Of a stretch of 64,000 nt of DNA, positions 46,077 to 56,839 are shown in pieces; position 1 is the stretch's first letter, and every line of letters starts with the position of its first letter. Both the position numbers and the translations under genes were made by a program. The notes below the pieces were generated by a model that had not been told where the DNA came from, ran no database searches, and worked only from the letters and a program-made list of their open reading frames with translations. This DNA is from Rhynchopus sp. YZ270_cl-10 (Eukaryota). The DNA is taken from assembly GCA_964035575.1 (NCBI GenBank), contig OZ037845.1, positions 248,001 through 312,000 on the forward strand. The letters run 5' to 3'.

Positions 46077-47807
46077 TCACGCCTTCGCCACCTTCCTCCG
46101 CTTGCGCCGCCTTCTGTTCCCTTCTTCATCGCCTCCTTCTTCCTTTTCCACTACTGCGGCCCACCTTTGTATTCTTTGTTGCAGAACCGTTTCGGGGAGC
46201 ACACCACTGCTGGCGAGGCCACGTACCCTGGCAAGACCACTGCGGACACCTCCAAAGTAGAAGGGCCACTTGCCGCATCCTACCACCACTTCGACAATGC
46301 CATGTGGCGTGGTGGTGGTGCTACCATTGTCTCCACCTTTCGGTGTCCCTGTTTTCCACCAATCTGCGCTGATCGTTTTTTGTTGCTGTTTTTCACCAAA
46401 AAGGGAGGCAAACTCATGAAACCGAACTACAACGAGGCTTTCCGGGACTCTCGGCCTGGTTGCATTTACTATGGCGGCGATGGTGTCGGAAAACTCTAAA
46501 CGAACTTCGGGGGTCAGCGCGATGCCGGATCCTTCGATGGTGCCATTGTCTTTTACTCCTGCAAAGAGACGGCCGCCACGATGGCTGTTGAGAAAGGCGT
46601 TGATGCAGACCCGCGCTGGGGCGTCAAAGTGTGCTGCTGAGGTGTGCGATTTGAACTCCACCTGCGCACCTTCCTGCACGGTCATGCGGTACGTCTCCTT
46701 CCCTTCTGCTATCTCCTTGCGGATCGGCGCTGCCTGCAACACCGGGGTGGTGTCGTGCACACTAAGCGAAGGTGTTGCGTGCTCACGCATTGCAGAGAAA
46801 AAGCCGGTTTCGTTGCGGGATGCGGTGGTGGCGGTGGTCTTCTGTTTTTTGCCGTCCGCAACCCTCAGATCTAAAAGACTCTGCAGCGCTGTTGCCTCCT
46901 CCGCCTCGAAGGATTCGATGGTAGTGTTGTACAGAGTGGCGCCTTGGGCAGTGGTGGCCAGACGTTTTGCTCGGATTTTGAGGGGAAATGGCTCGTCGAT
47001 GAGGAGCGAGGGGCGGGAGGTGCTTGGAAGTGCAGAGAGTTGTGTGTATGTTGGGTTGCGTTTTGTTTTGGCAGCCTCGTCGAAGGGTGTTGTGGTGCGT
47101 TGTTTCAGACGGCGTTCGAAGCGGCGGAGCTGGGAGGATGGTGATGTGAATACTATTTGCCCAACGTAGGCGCCTTCTGCGGTGCTCAGATATGCTACGC
47201 TGTGTGCGCCACTCACCCACCCCCCATCTGCCACCCGCACCGCAGACGCATTCAACGTGAACACCTCACCACCCACCCCAGCCTTCCCCAACACCTCCTC
47301 AAAGTGACCGTTCAACTCCTGTGACGTCTCCCCTTCACGGTCCCCACCCTTCCTCCCATTCACCCTCCCTTCTTGAAGCTCCCATACTATTCCTTCAATG
47401 CTGTGCTCTGCTGGAGCAGCGGATGATACGGTAAGCACACACACAGTTGAGGTAGATTGCTCTGAGAAAGAGGCGGTGACGTACGCAGGGTCAACCGAAG
47501 GGGTGACCGAGGCGACGAGCTGGTCGATGGCGACAAGCAGTTTGTCCTTTTCGCGTACTACCTCATGGGGTTTGAGGGGGGTGGCAGGGAGAGGGAGAGG
47601 CACCACACAGCACGCCGCCACGCCCTTCGCAGCTGCGTTGACTGCCGCAACGAACAGAGGTGCGGAAGCGGACACCGCCTTCCCCAAGGGTGTCAAATGC
47701 GGGGACTCAAGATACCCCTCGGTCGTCCGTGAGGTGGGAACAACGCTAGTGTACGGCACACCAGAAAGAAGTGCCTTCGCGGCCGCTTCAGCTGCAGCTA
47801 CATCCAT
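46077..47807 (-). CDS. Schlafen/AlbA_2 domain protein with a C-terminal basic NLS-like tail
   Basis: EGAQVEFKS...INAFLNSHRGGRLFAGVKDNG...IVEVVV is the AlbA_2 signature; protein ends RRRRKRRKVAKA. Confidence 0.85.
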   Translation of the reverse strand: MDVAAAEAAAKALLSGVPYTSVVPTSRTTEGYLESPHLTPLGKAVSASAPLFVAAVNAAAKGVAACCVVPLPLPATPLKPHEVVREKDKLLVAIDQLVASVTPSVDPAYVTASFSEQSTSTVCVLTVSSAAPAEHSIEGIVWELQEGRVNGRKGGDREGETSQELNGHFEEVLGKAGVGGEVFTLNASAVRVADGGWVSGAHSVAYLSTAEGAYVGQIVFTSPSSQLRRFERRLKQRTTTPFDEAAKTKRNPTYTQLSALPSTSRPSLLIDEPFPLKIRAKRLATTAQGATLYNTTIESFEAEEATALQSLLDLRVADGKKQKTTATTASRNETGFFSAMREHATPSLSVHDTTPVLQAAPIRKEIAEGKETYRMTVQEGAQVEFKSHTSAAHFDAPARVCINAFLNSHRGGRLFAGVKDNGTIEGSGIALTPEVRLEFSDTIAAIVNATRPRVPESLVVVRFHEFASLFGEKQQQKTISADWWKTGTPKGGDNGSTTTTPHGIVEVVVGCGKWPFYFGGVRSGLARVRGLASSGVLPETVLQQRIQRWAAVVEKEEGGDEEGNRRRRKRRKVAKA

Positions 47808-48765
47808 TTGTGAGGGGTAGGTTGCAACCCCTTAGTGTAAGGATAATGTCTGGAGTGGAGTGGGTGATGCCTAGTGAGGGAAAGTGTTGCCTCCTGTTGC
47901 AATTTAGCTTTGAACGTATTCTGTGGCCCAAGCTGCAGTCGTAATGTGATGTGATGTGATGTGTTTGGTGCCTAGTGAGGGTAATTCTCGCGCAGAATAT
48001 GGCCCTTTGAAGTGGAGGGGAGCGGTTTGATAACAGAGTGGGTAACACCTGAACGGAGTATAGCCCACAGAGTGGAGTGGAGTGGAGGGTAAGTATCGAG
48101 TAGCGACGTCTTTAAAAAAAGTGAGAATATTTGAGCTATTTTTCTATAGTACGAGTATTGACTTAGCACACATGAAATTTACACACTTCTTTTTCGTTCA
48201 AAAAAAGAAAAATCAAGGGATTGTTATTTGATAGATTGCGTTACACAATAGTAGGGCTCTCTAATAGTAACTCTGATGGAGGAAAAAAAGAGTTTGTTTT
48301 TTTCGTTGATTGCTCAATTACCCTGTTTGAGGGGGTGATTGGCAACCGTTTCGGAGGAACCATTTCTCCTTTTACTCCAGTAAGCTACTCTTTGTAGGTA
48401 GGGGGAAAAAAATGTTGGTAATCGTTGCATACGCGTTCTTGGGGCATATCAACGACAACATATCACGCAAAAGGAAGTCGAAAGATGAACGCGCCTTCGT
48501 TGTGCACAACAAAGAGAGGTTCAAAAAAAATGCCCCCTTTTTGTGTACCGGTGGAGGAAAGCACCCCCGGCAAACGCAAAAAAAAAAAAGGGATCTGCAA
48601 CAAAAGTGAGTGTTGATAACATAACTAACATAACCATGCGAGACACCTCAAGGTGAATGCAGACAATGTAGCCATCTTTACCAAGTTGTGCCGAACAATT
48701 ATGGTCTGCCGACTGACTACTGCATCGGAAGGGTCAACAAAAAGTTCATAAGCCTGTCGTGCTTA

Positions 48766-48878
48766 CCGGCCGCGTACATATTACGTCGCGTACTAATTAA
48801 GTCGCATCGGGCAAATGGCGATTCAATTAGTACGCGACGTAATATCCACGACCGCACCTGATTCCGTTACGCGGCCGG
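48766..48878. mobile_element. 113-bp palindromic MITE inserted at a TA inside a module-A repeat
   Basis: TIR CCGGCCGCGTA/TACGCGGCCGG; TA duplicated at 48764-65 and 48879-80; inner perfect 21-bp inverted repeat at 48778-48798 / 48825-48845. Confidence 0.88.
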
Positions 48879-49002
48879 TAGTCATCTTTAGAACACCCTT
48901 TAAAAGGAACGTAGAAATGAAAAGGGAATTCGAAGAGTAATCAAACAAAAGACTACAAAAAGAGGTGTTTCTTTACAAAGAAAAGGAAAGAGAAAAGTTG
49001 GA

Positions 49003-49175
49003 AAGACGAACCTAAGGCCTCTGCTCAGGTTACCTTTGAAGTGCAAAAAAAATTTAAATTTAACTTGAGATACAAAGCCCTCTCGTGACAATGTACCTTT
49101 GGTGCATGACCGGGTGCACCGGGGGGTGGACCCCAACCATGCAGTCCTACATCCATTTTCGAGGTTGGCATCTGA
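49003..49175 (-). repeat. Most complete copy of the SINE-like repeat (module A plus module B); similar linkage at 58628-58761
   Basis: Hairpin module followed by TACAAAGCCC...TGTACC...CCCCAACCATGCAGTCCTACATCCATTTTC. Confidence 0.7.
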
Positions 49176-51099
49176 CAAATAAGTGAGAAGTTTAAGAGTG
49201 TAAGATAAGCCGCTATAACACATCTTACGAAGACCTGCAAATGCAATACGTTGACTGAAAACAAACACGTTATAGAGAAATATGCGCTTGATGTGCACAC
49301 CTTTCAAAGAACAAGAACAAAGAGAGGCACACACAAAAACACTCACATTTTTTCAAAGCTAAAAAAAAAGGGACTTTTTTGAACACCTTTTTAGAAGGCG
49401 TTAACGTGGCAAATAGGGGAACGCTTCGTGTCACAACCCACACAGGCAGAACCACCCAACGCTCTTGAGAAACAGACGCGGAGTCTTTCTTTTGTATACC
49501 ACAGACAAAACATGATAACGCTAGCCACGACTGCCTAGACAGAGCGGTGTCCCAAACGGTTCACTGGGGGGGGGATCCTCATTGATACAGAAAACAAGTA
49601 TTTGCAACATATGCAATCAATAACTTGATAGCATAGGAGGAGGGATCAATTAAAATGTTCCCATCTTTGTTTTTTTCTGAAAACAAATAAAGAGCCAACA
49701 CAGAGATACCAAGAAGACGAACACCTGTGCACGTCTTCAGGGAAAACCTCAACAGACGCCTCAAGATCAAGAGTGTCACCTCAACCCAGAAATGAATCTG
49801 GGCCACGTAGAAATGCAGCAGTATGTGGACCACGTCATCTCTCTACGATACGGGAACATCTCTGTGTCCAGGTGTGGCGTCAACAAAGGGCAGATAATCC
49901 CGAGAGGTATGTCCCTAGTTACAGTAAAGAACAACAAACACTGGTGGGGTAAAAAGAACTAAGGATTTTGGGAATTTCAAAACTCTAAGGGAAAGTTTTT
50001 ACCCCGTCAATGTTTGTTGTCTTATTGTATTAGGTCCTGACAAAGAAGGGCAGATTTTGTCATTCCAAATGCCTTGAACGATTTGCTTTCCAATAAACAC
50101 CATTGAAGACGATGAGTCATAAATGGTGCATTTTTTTTTTTTTTTGAAAACTTGGTATTTAATTGTTTCGTGGTGCACTGCAAAGCGGAGGCAGACATAT
50201 TATCTAACCAACCTGCCACACATGCAAAAAAAAACGAACCATTTCTTTTCAAAAAAAATCTTTTTTGAAGAAAGCCAGTGAGGGGATAGAAGGGAAGAAG
50301 GAGTAGTAAAAAGGGGGAAATTCGTTGAGTTAAAAAAGCCTTCCTTCAGATACGCACAGGCTTGACTGAGGTAGGTTCGTGATAACAGAAAATGGTTTAA
50401 GACGGGGACAGATTTTTTTTATATAGTGTTCTCGTTCGAATAACAAAGAGAAGTTGGAAGTTGGAACTTAACGAAAACAAAAAAGGTTTGTAATGAACTA
50501 AGCCTCCTGCACTTAGTCACATTGCAAATAAAGTGGGTCACAAAAAGACAAAATTGTGAGAAGAGTTGAAGGGTGCTATTGACACGCATATCTGTGGATA
50601 AAGAAAGAAAAAGAAAGTCCCTTCTGCACACACACACACATCTGTACCACTATAGGTATCGCGGCGTCTCGTGTTGTTCTATGTGGGCTAGACAGGCTTG
50701 CGATCCAAGTGGTGACTTTTTGTTGTGTCGACAATCACCTGCTAGTGCAGGATCTGTACTCAATGTCGCCCGAAGGCTTTTTTTACTCAGCATCAAATGC
50801 CAACAAAACAAATCCCTCCTACTTCCTCTTGAGTGCCAAGCGGAAGAGCGGAGGGCGTATTTGAATGTGAATGACCATATTGTTTGCTTCTGCACCGTCT
50901 GCTGAGTAATCAAAACAGAACAAAAGAAAATTTGTAAGATGCATGCCTCTCGTGCACAACACATTAATAACTGATCTCAAGACGCACAAAAAAAAAAGAG
51001 AAAAAAAATTCACACGAAACAACGGATGCTTCAAAAAGAAACCCCCAAAGACGTATGCACATCCGCAGTACTCGCTACGTCCATCTTCCGAGGTTTTAT

Positions 51100-51139
<40 letters not shown>

Positions 51140-52618
51140 AAATTTGAGCACTCCTTTTTGTTCACAATCAATTTCATAAAGTTCGGTCATTAAAGAAAAT
51201 ACAGCAAAGTTACGCAACGCTTGGGTGGCTTACATACGAATTTACGTTGTCTTTGTTGGGCAATGTATTGGTGTTTTCCCAAGGATATGCTCCGCTATTG
51301 TTTTGTGGTCAAACCAAAGAAAATTCGTGACAACAACACAACCATCCAAACGTGACTGAAAAAAAAATACGCATATAAAAAGAAAAGCAAAGATGAACCT
51401 AAGCCTAACAAAAAACAGAATCTAACTTCAGGAAAACAAGAGAAAAAAAAAGCCCAGAAAAACAAAAAAACAAAGTGAATGCTGCAAATGTGCTGTGAGT
51501 ATGCATGCGTGATGGTGATATGATCGGCGAAAAACAAATTGCGCCGCACCGTTGATTTCTTGTTTCTTTCAATCAAAAATCGAAAAATCTTATCATTGTG
51601 TCACAGAAACAGATAAAAAAAAAAGAAAAGCTGGCAAGACTCTGTGCACACACATACACCAACAAATACAAAATGAGAATAATTTTAGAAGACCAACCAA
51701 CACCTTCTATGTGTAACACGATCACCAAGACGCACAGAGCATCTTGCAGACCGGGGGGTACTCGCCCCCTCCCTTTCCCCCCTTCTGGTCCTGATTTATT
51801 TTTTTTCTTCCTTTTCCAAAAAGCGGAAGACAGGTACAGTACCTCCAGGGGGAAAGTGTGTCGTGATTCCTTGGGGAGAGGGTGAATAGGGGGGTGTGTT
51901 CTATGCAGAGCAAGGGGAGTGGAGGAAAGTGGGCAGGGGGCGAGACAGGGAAAGGACAGAAAAAAAAAAAAGGTTGGGAAGATGAACCTAGGCCGCACAC
52001 TGCCTGAGTCACATCTTCAAAACAAAATCGTATACTTACTACTCTAGCAGGCAGTAAGAAGAAATGGTGTATCATTAAAAAAACGCAAACGTTTTGTGGA
52101 AAAAAGCGTTTTGGGTTGCATTGTGTCGGGAATACGAAAGCTGAGGTAGGTGACACATGGTAACTTGATGCTAAAGCAAGAAAAATTTAAAGATGAAATG
52201 TGCACCACCGTGCACACTCATCAAAAGAAATGTTGGTTAAGATGAACCTAAGCCTCTGCTTAGTTACTTGGAGAAGAAAAAAAATGCCAAAATAAATTGA
52301 CTACGAACACATAAAGTATCAAAGACAAAACAAGAAGCGTACGTAAAAACACGCATGAATGAGGTGTGTGTACGTCAACGTCAACATCAACACACACCCC
52401 TACACACACTGAAAGAATTTTTTTCAAAAAACAAAAAACAAAAAACTATGATTTTCTCTTTTCCCATTATAATCGAAATAAGCATTTTTTGTCGGAGTTG
52501 CTATTCTCCGTCAGGTTGCTTTCTTTGACAGAACAGGGATGGAATACCCTGCAAACGCTGTATTCTTCTCAACAATTTGAACTGGCCTGGGAGATGCGTT
52601 CGTTCTCCTGCGTTCCCC

Positions 52619-55129
52619 TCAAATGTGCTGAAGCACCGCGTGCACCCGCTGGCTGTTGTGTATGCTTGCCCCTAGACTCCCTCGGCCTTTTGGCCCCCCG
52701 TCGGAGAGAAAGCTGGACTCAGGACTAAACACACGAGATTCAGGCAGACGGTAGAAGCTGCTTGCAGTGGAGGCAGCGGCACCTAGACCACCTTCGCAAA
52801 GCGCACTCTCCTTGGCGGAGGCAAGGAGCAGCTTCTCCCTTGGGGTCGCATCCGAGATGCTGTGGGTGTGGGTGACCGGAAGCAGATCGACGTAGCTGTT
52901 GTTCGCTTGCGACACGAGAAAGGCTTCTTCGTCTTGTTTCTGCTTGTGGTCGAGCTGTTCGAAGACGTCCTCTTGGAGTGCCTGGCGCCGTCCGGAACAA
53001 AAGAGGTACACCACGTTTGCGGCGTCCAACACAACTTTGAATAGTAGAACGCACACCGCCACAAACAGAAGCACCCCTGCTACGTCGAACCCCACCGTGG
53101 TGTCGGTGTAATACGCATTCGCCATGAAGATGAGGGCCGAGGTCTGCAGGGCATTCAGAACAAACTCTGCTATCGCATCGCGAGGCTTGACGTATGGTTT
53201 GTGCACTATCTGGAGGCCCAGGAGGCCCAGAAAGATGCATGCGCTGGCAGCTTTGACATGCCCACAGCCGATGCTCGATTCGGGTGCGGTGCTCTTCAGT
53301 GCGGACAGCGCAAACGCTGCTGCGTACTCGATGCCAAGAAACCAGACCCCCTCTGGGCGGAAGCGCCGCACCGCTGATGTGTACCGTTCGACCCAAAGGC
53401 GTTCTCTGCGAAGGTTCACCCACTCCCCAGGGCCAAGCCAGTAACGCAGTGCGCAGCTCGCTTGTCGTGTATGTGACACAGCGTACGTAGCGTGCACCGT
53501 GGCGTCCCGTTGGAGGACGGCTAACAACCATGCAGGAATAGCGACGCACAGCAGTAGTGTGGCAACACCCACCACAGCGTGCCACTGTTGCTCGTGGTAC
53601 ATAGTAAGGTTCATCCCTGCGAGCGTCATCGATTGGTAGCAGAATTGGAAGATAAGATGAGGAATAGAAGGAAGTCGCAGAAACCCCTGCGCATCAAGGC
53701 GGGACAGCGACGGCACGCAGTGTGTAGTGAGCAGGATGAACGAGCGCAGTGCGAAGTACGCGAGAAGCGCAGATCCGACTGTGAACGCGATGTTCATAAT
53801 CTCAGCACCCACATCCTGCGAGCCGTCGACAAGGACACCGGTGGGGTTGAGTGGCTCGGGGACCCCTCTCTTGCAAGAAGAGGAGACGATGAGGAGACGT
53901 GTTGCAGACCCTGCAGACCCGCCCATGGCACCACCAAGGAAGGCGGCAGTGGCTCCGGTGTCGATGGGGTCGGCTGCAGGCAGCTTGCGTGCGATGATGC
54001 GTTCATCTGGCACCTCGGTGGCGGGTGAGATGCGTAGCGGTGCTGTGGTGGGGGGTGCAGGTGGCAGCTGTGTGGTTGGTGTGCCCGGTGCGGTGGTCTG
54101 TGGAGGTGGTGTGCGCGGTTGGGTTGTGCCAGGGGTCGTGGAAGGTGGAATGGTAGCTTGTGGTGTTGCTGGTGTGTCAGTGGGAGGGGCAGGGGCAGGG
54201 GCAGGGGAGGCAGTCGTGGAAGTGGGTGTGCTAGGCGCATCAGTTGGGGAGGGTGGGAGGGTTGCCGAAGGAGATGTGGGTGAAGGTGTTGTTGGTGTCA
54301 GGGTGACCGGCGCGTCCGTTGCAGGGGCGGATGTTGCTGGCGGGAGAGTAGCGGGTGGGAGAGTTGTGGGTGCACCAGTCTCTGGTGCAGATGTTTCTGG
54401 TGAGGGGGTTGCGGGTGCATGAGTTGCTGGCGCCTCTGTAGTTGGTGCGGGAGTTGCAGGTGCGACTGTCGCTGGTGCGGGAGTTGCTGGCGCATCTGTT
54501 GCTGGCGCGGGAGTTGCAGGTGCGACTGTTGTTGGTGCAGGGGTAGGAGGCGCAAGTGTTGCTGGCGCATCGGTTGCGGGCGCTGACGTGGCTGGCGGGA
54601 GCGTGGTCGGTACCGATGTTGGGGAGAGGGTGGCTGGTGGATCTGTGGGCGGCGCATCTGTTGCCGGTGCTTGCGTAGACGGCAACGACGTGGCTGGCGC
54701 ATTTGTCGGTGCAGCCGTGGCGGGTACTGATGTCGGTGGCGACTGTGTCGCGGGCACAGCTGTAGGCACTGCTGTGGCCGGTGCGGACGTGACGATGATC
54801 TGCCAGACTGAGTTACGGTTCCCCCCACCACACATCTGCAGCGGGTCGCCGTTGCAGGGTGTGTTGCAGAGACTCTCATCGGAGGCACCGTAGTCCCCAT
54901 ACGTGTTGCCGCAGTAGCACTCATCCTGATGCTCGAGACCTATGTACACAAACGGGCCTGACGCGTGGCCCGTGCAAAACGACTGACACATTTCCAGCGT
55001 CATGCTGCCCCTCAACTCTGCCCCACTCAAATCCCTGGGCATCCCATCCAAGAAACACCCGATGTACACCGGAACCCCCACCACGTACACTGGGAACAAC
55101 GCTGCCAGCAGCCCAGCGGCGAGACGCAT
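52619..55129 (-). CDS. WSC carbohydrate-binding domain, Pro/Thr mucin-like stalk and multi-pass (~7-8 TM) membrane domain
   Basis: SP MRLAAGLLAALFPVYVVG; WSC motif YIGCF.D...MTLEMC..FC...YIGLE...ECYCGN; PAT repeats; several hydrophobic helices. Confidence 0.85.
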   Translation of the reverse strand: MRLAAGLLAALFPVYVVGVPVYIGCFLDGMPRDLSGAELRGSMTLEMCQSFCTGHASGPFVYIGLEHQDECYCGNTYGDYGASDESLCNTPCNGDPLQMCGGGNRNSVWQIIVTSAPATAVPTAVPATQSPPTSVPATAAPTNAPATSLPSTQAPATDAPPTDPPATLSPTSVPTTLPPATSAPATDAPATLAPPTPAPTTVAPATPAPATDAPATPAPATVAPATPAPTTEAPATHAPATPSPETSAPETGAPTTLPPATLPPATSAPATDAPVTLTPTTPSPTSPSATLPPSPTDAPSTPTSTTASPAPAPAPPTDTPATPQATIPPSTTPGTTQPRTPPPQTTAPGTPTTQLPPAPPTTAPLRISPATEVPDERIIARKLPAADPIDTGATAAFLGGAMGGSAGSATRLLIVSSSCKRGVPEPLNPTGVLVDGSQDVGAEIMNIAFTVGSALLAYFALRSFILLTTHCVPSLSRLDAQGFLRLPSIPHLIFQFCYQSMTLAGMNLTMYHEQQWHAVVGVATLLLCVAIPAWLLAVLQRDATVHATYAVSHTRQASCALRYWLGPGEWVNLRRERLWVERYTSAVRRFRPEGVWFLGIEYAAAFALSALKSTAPESSIGCGHVKAASACIFLGLLGLQIVHKPYVKPRDAIAEFVLNALQTSALIFMANAYYTDTTVGFDVAGVLLFVAVCVLLFKVVLDAANVVYLFCSGRRQALQEDVFEQLDHKQKQDEEAFLVSQANNSYVDLLPVTHTHSISDATPREKLLLASAKESALCEGGLGAAASTASSFYRLPESRVFSPESSFLSDGGPKGRGSLGASIHNSQRVHAVLQHI

Positions 55130-56839
55130 GGTCAACCTGCAGTGCGAGAGCGCACCCCCTTCATGAAATCTGGTAAGGTGTGCAGTGCGGGTGGGGAAGG
55201 CAGGGAGGCGGTGCAAAAAGAAGGTGTGTGGGGGGCTGGTGGTGTTATTCCTTTGGGTTTCGCAGATCTACTGCCTAATGAGGACTTCCCGTTGGACTGT
55301 GGCTCAAATCAAGTGCCTGTTATGCTTGTTTTCTACGATGACCCCCAGTAGGGTATGTTACGACCGTTTTCTTTAAACTTTTTCCCCATATTGTTGACAA
55401 TCCGGCGTGTAATAATGGACAAAATGCCAACAAATATGGAAAAAAGAAAAAATATGGAAAATTGAGAAACGAACAAAGTGTCTCTGCGCTGTCTTTAAAA
55501 AAAAAAATATCGCCAAATTTGCGACCTTCAATCAACCGGTTCCAATGAACCTAAATATACGCAATAATGCTGGAAACTACGAGAAAAAGAAAACAACCCG
55601 ACTTTACGGTCGCCACCTGATCTTTGATTACTCGACTAGGAAGGGGGAAGATTATTTTCATTGAACGCAGCCAAAAACAGTATGTGGAATCTGAATTTGT
55701 GGCAAATGATTTTTAAAGGGTTGGAGAAATAGTCGGTATCATGCGATATAACGTTGGCGACATTATTCGGGTTTCTATTGACACTGCAGAAAATACAATG
55801 TAAATTGACTTGAACCTTGTTTTATTTCAGATTTTTTGTTGCATTGACAACCACTTTACACCTCTTCGAACTCCACCTGATTTTTCCTTTGAAATTTGGT
55901 GGAGTTTTGGGGGAGTTTGTTTAGTGGAGTTTTGGATTAAACATTACCAATATACCACGCTTCATCAAATTTCAGACAAAATCCAGATGCTAGGCTACTG
56001 GTATAAATGATCTGTACTCAATGTCAGCCGAAGCCTTTTGTACTACAGAAGGTATAGACGCAGATCATCTTCAACACCCCCTTTTTTTGCTGAAAATCAA
56101 AGCTATGCTTCAATATCACCTTTTTTCAAAAATAAGACCATAACTAACTGCTACTGAGAGGAGGAGAGGAGGGAGGCACAGCTGAAAATAAGACTCGGGG
56201 ACCCGGCTATTCTCAGCCGAACTGGGGACTGGGACCTGGACCAGGACCCAGGGACCTGGCTTATTCTCAGCTGTGGAGGGAGGGCAAAAGGGTAGCGATT
56301 CCAAAGCGGAAAAACGTCTTAAAGCAAAACCATTGAGGATCGAAGCCCCGGAGATTTGCTGTGAAAAAAAAAAAAAAAAAACTCTTCCTTGGAATGGAGC
56401 ATCATTTGTACAAGTTCAAGAAACTAAGCCTACGTAACCTTTCCATGTGGCCACACTGTTCGTGTGGGAAACTGCATAAAAAACCCATCAACTCTGGATA
56501 ACATTTCTACAGAATTACCCGGAATTGAATTTTTAAACCCATCAATAAAAAACCTGAAGTTAGGAGGAAAAAAACAATCGAAAATCTACCTCTACCCCCT
56601 TACGCCAACAATATGGAACTACAGCTAAAAAAACAACAACCAAAAACGTAGATTGGCAAACCATGGTAGCAAAAGGCAAACCCTGTTTGGGCACACCACC
56701 AAAAAAAAAAAGAAAAGTTTATACGATGACCCTAAGCCTCACCCTTGATCACATTCGTCGTTGAGCAAAAAAAAAAAAAAAGCAGATTTTTTTCCCTCTC
56801 TGTACTGTCTCTATAACTAAAACACATTAAAATCTCGCT

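Noticed and set aside
51091..51136. 46-nt poly(A) run on the plus strand as a retroposon tail
   Set aside because: No TSD or element body is evident; on the transcribed strand it is a poly(U)/pyrimidine tract like many others here.
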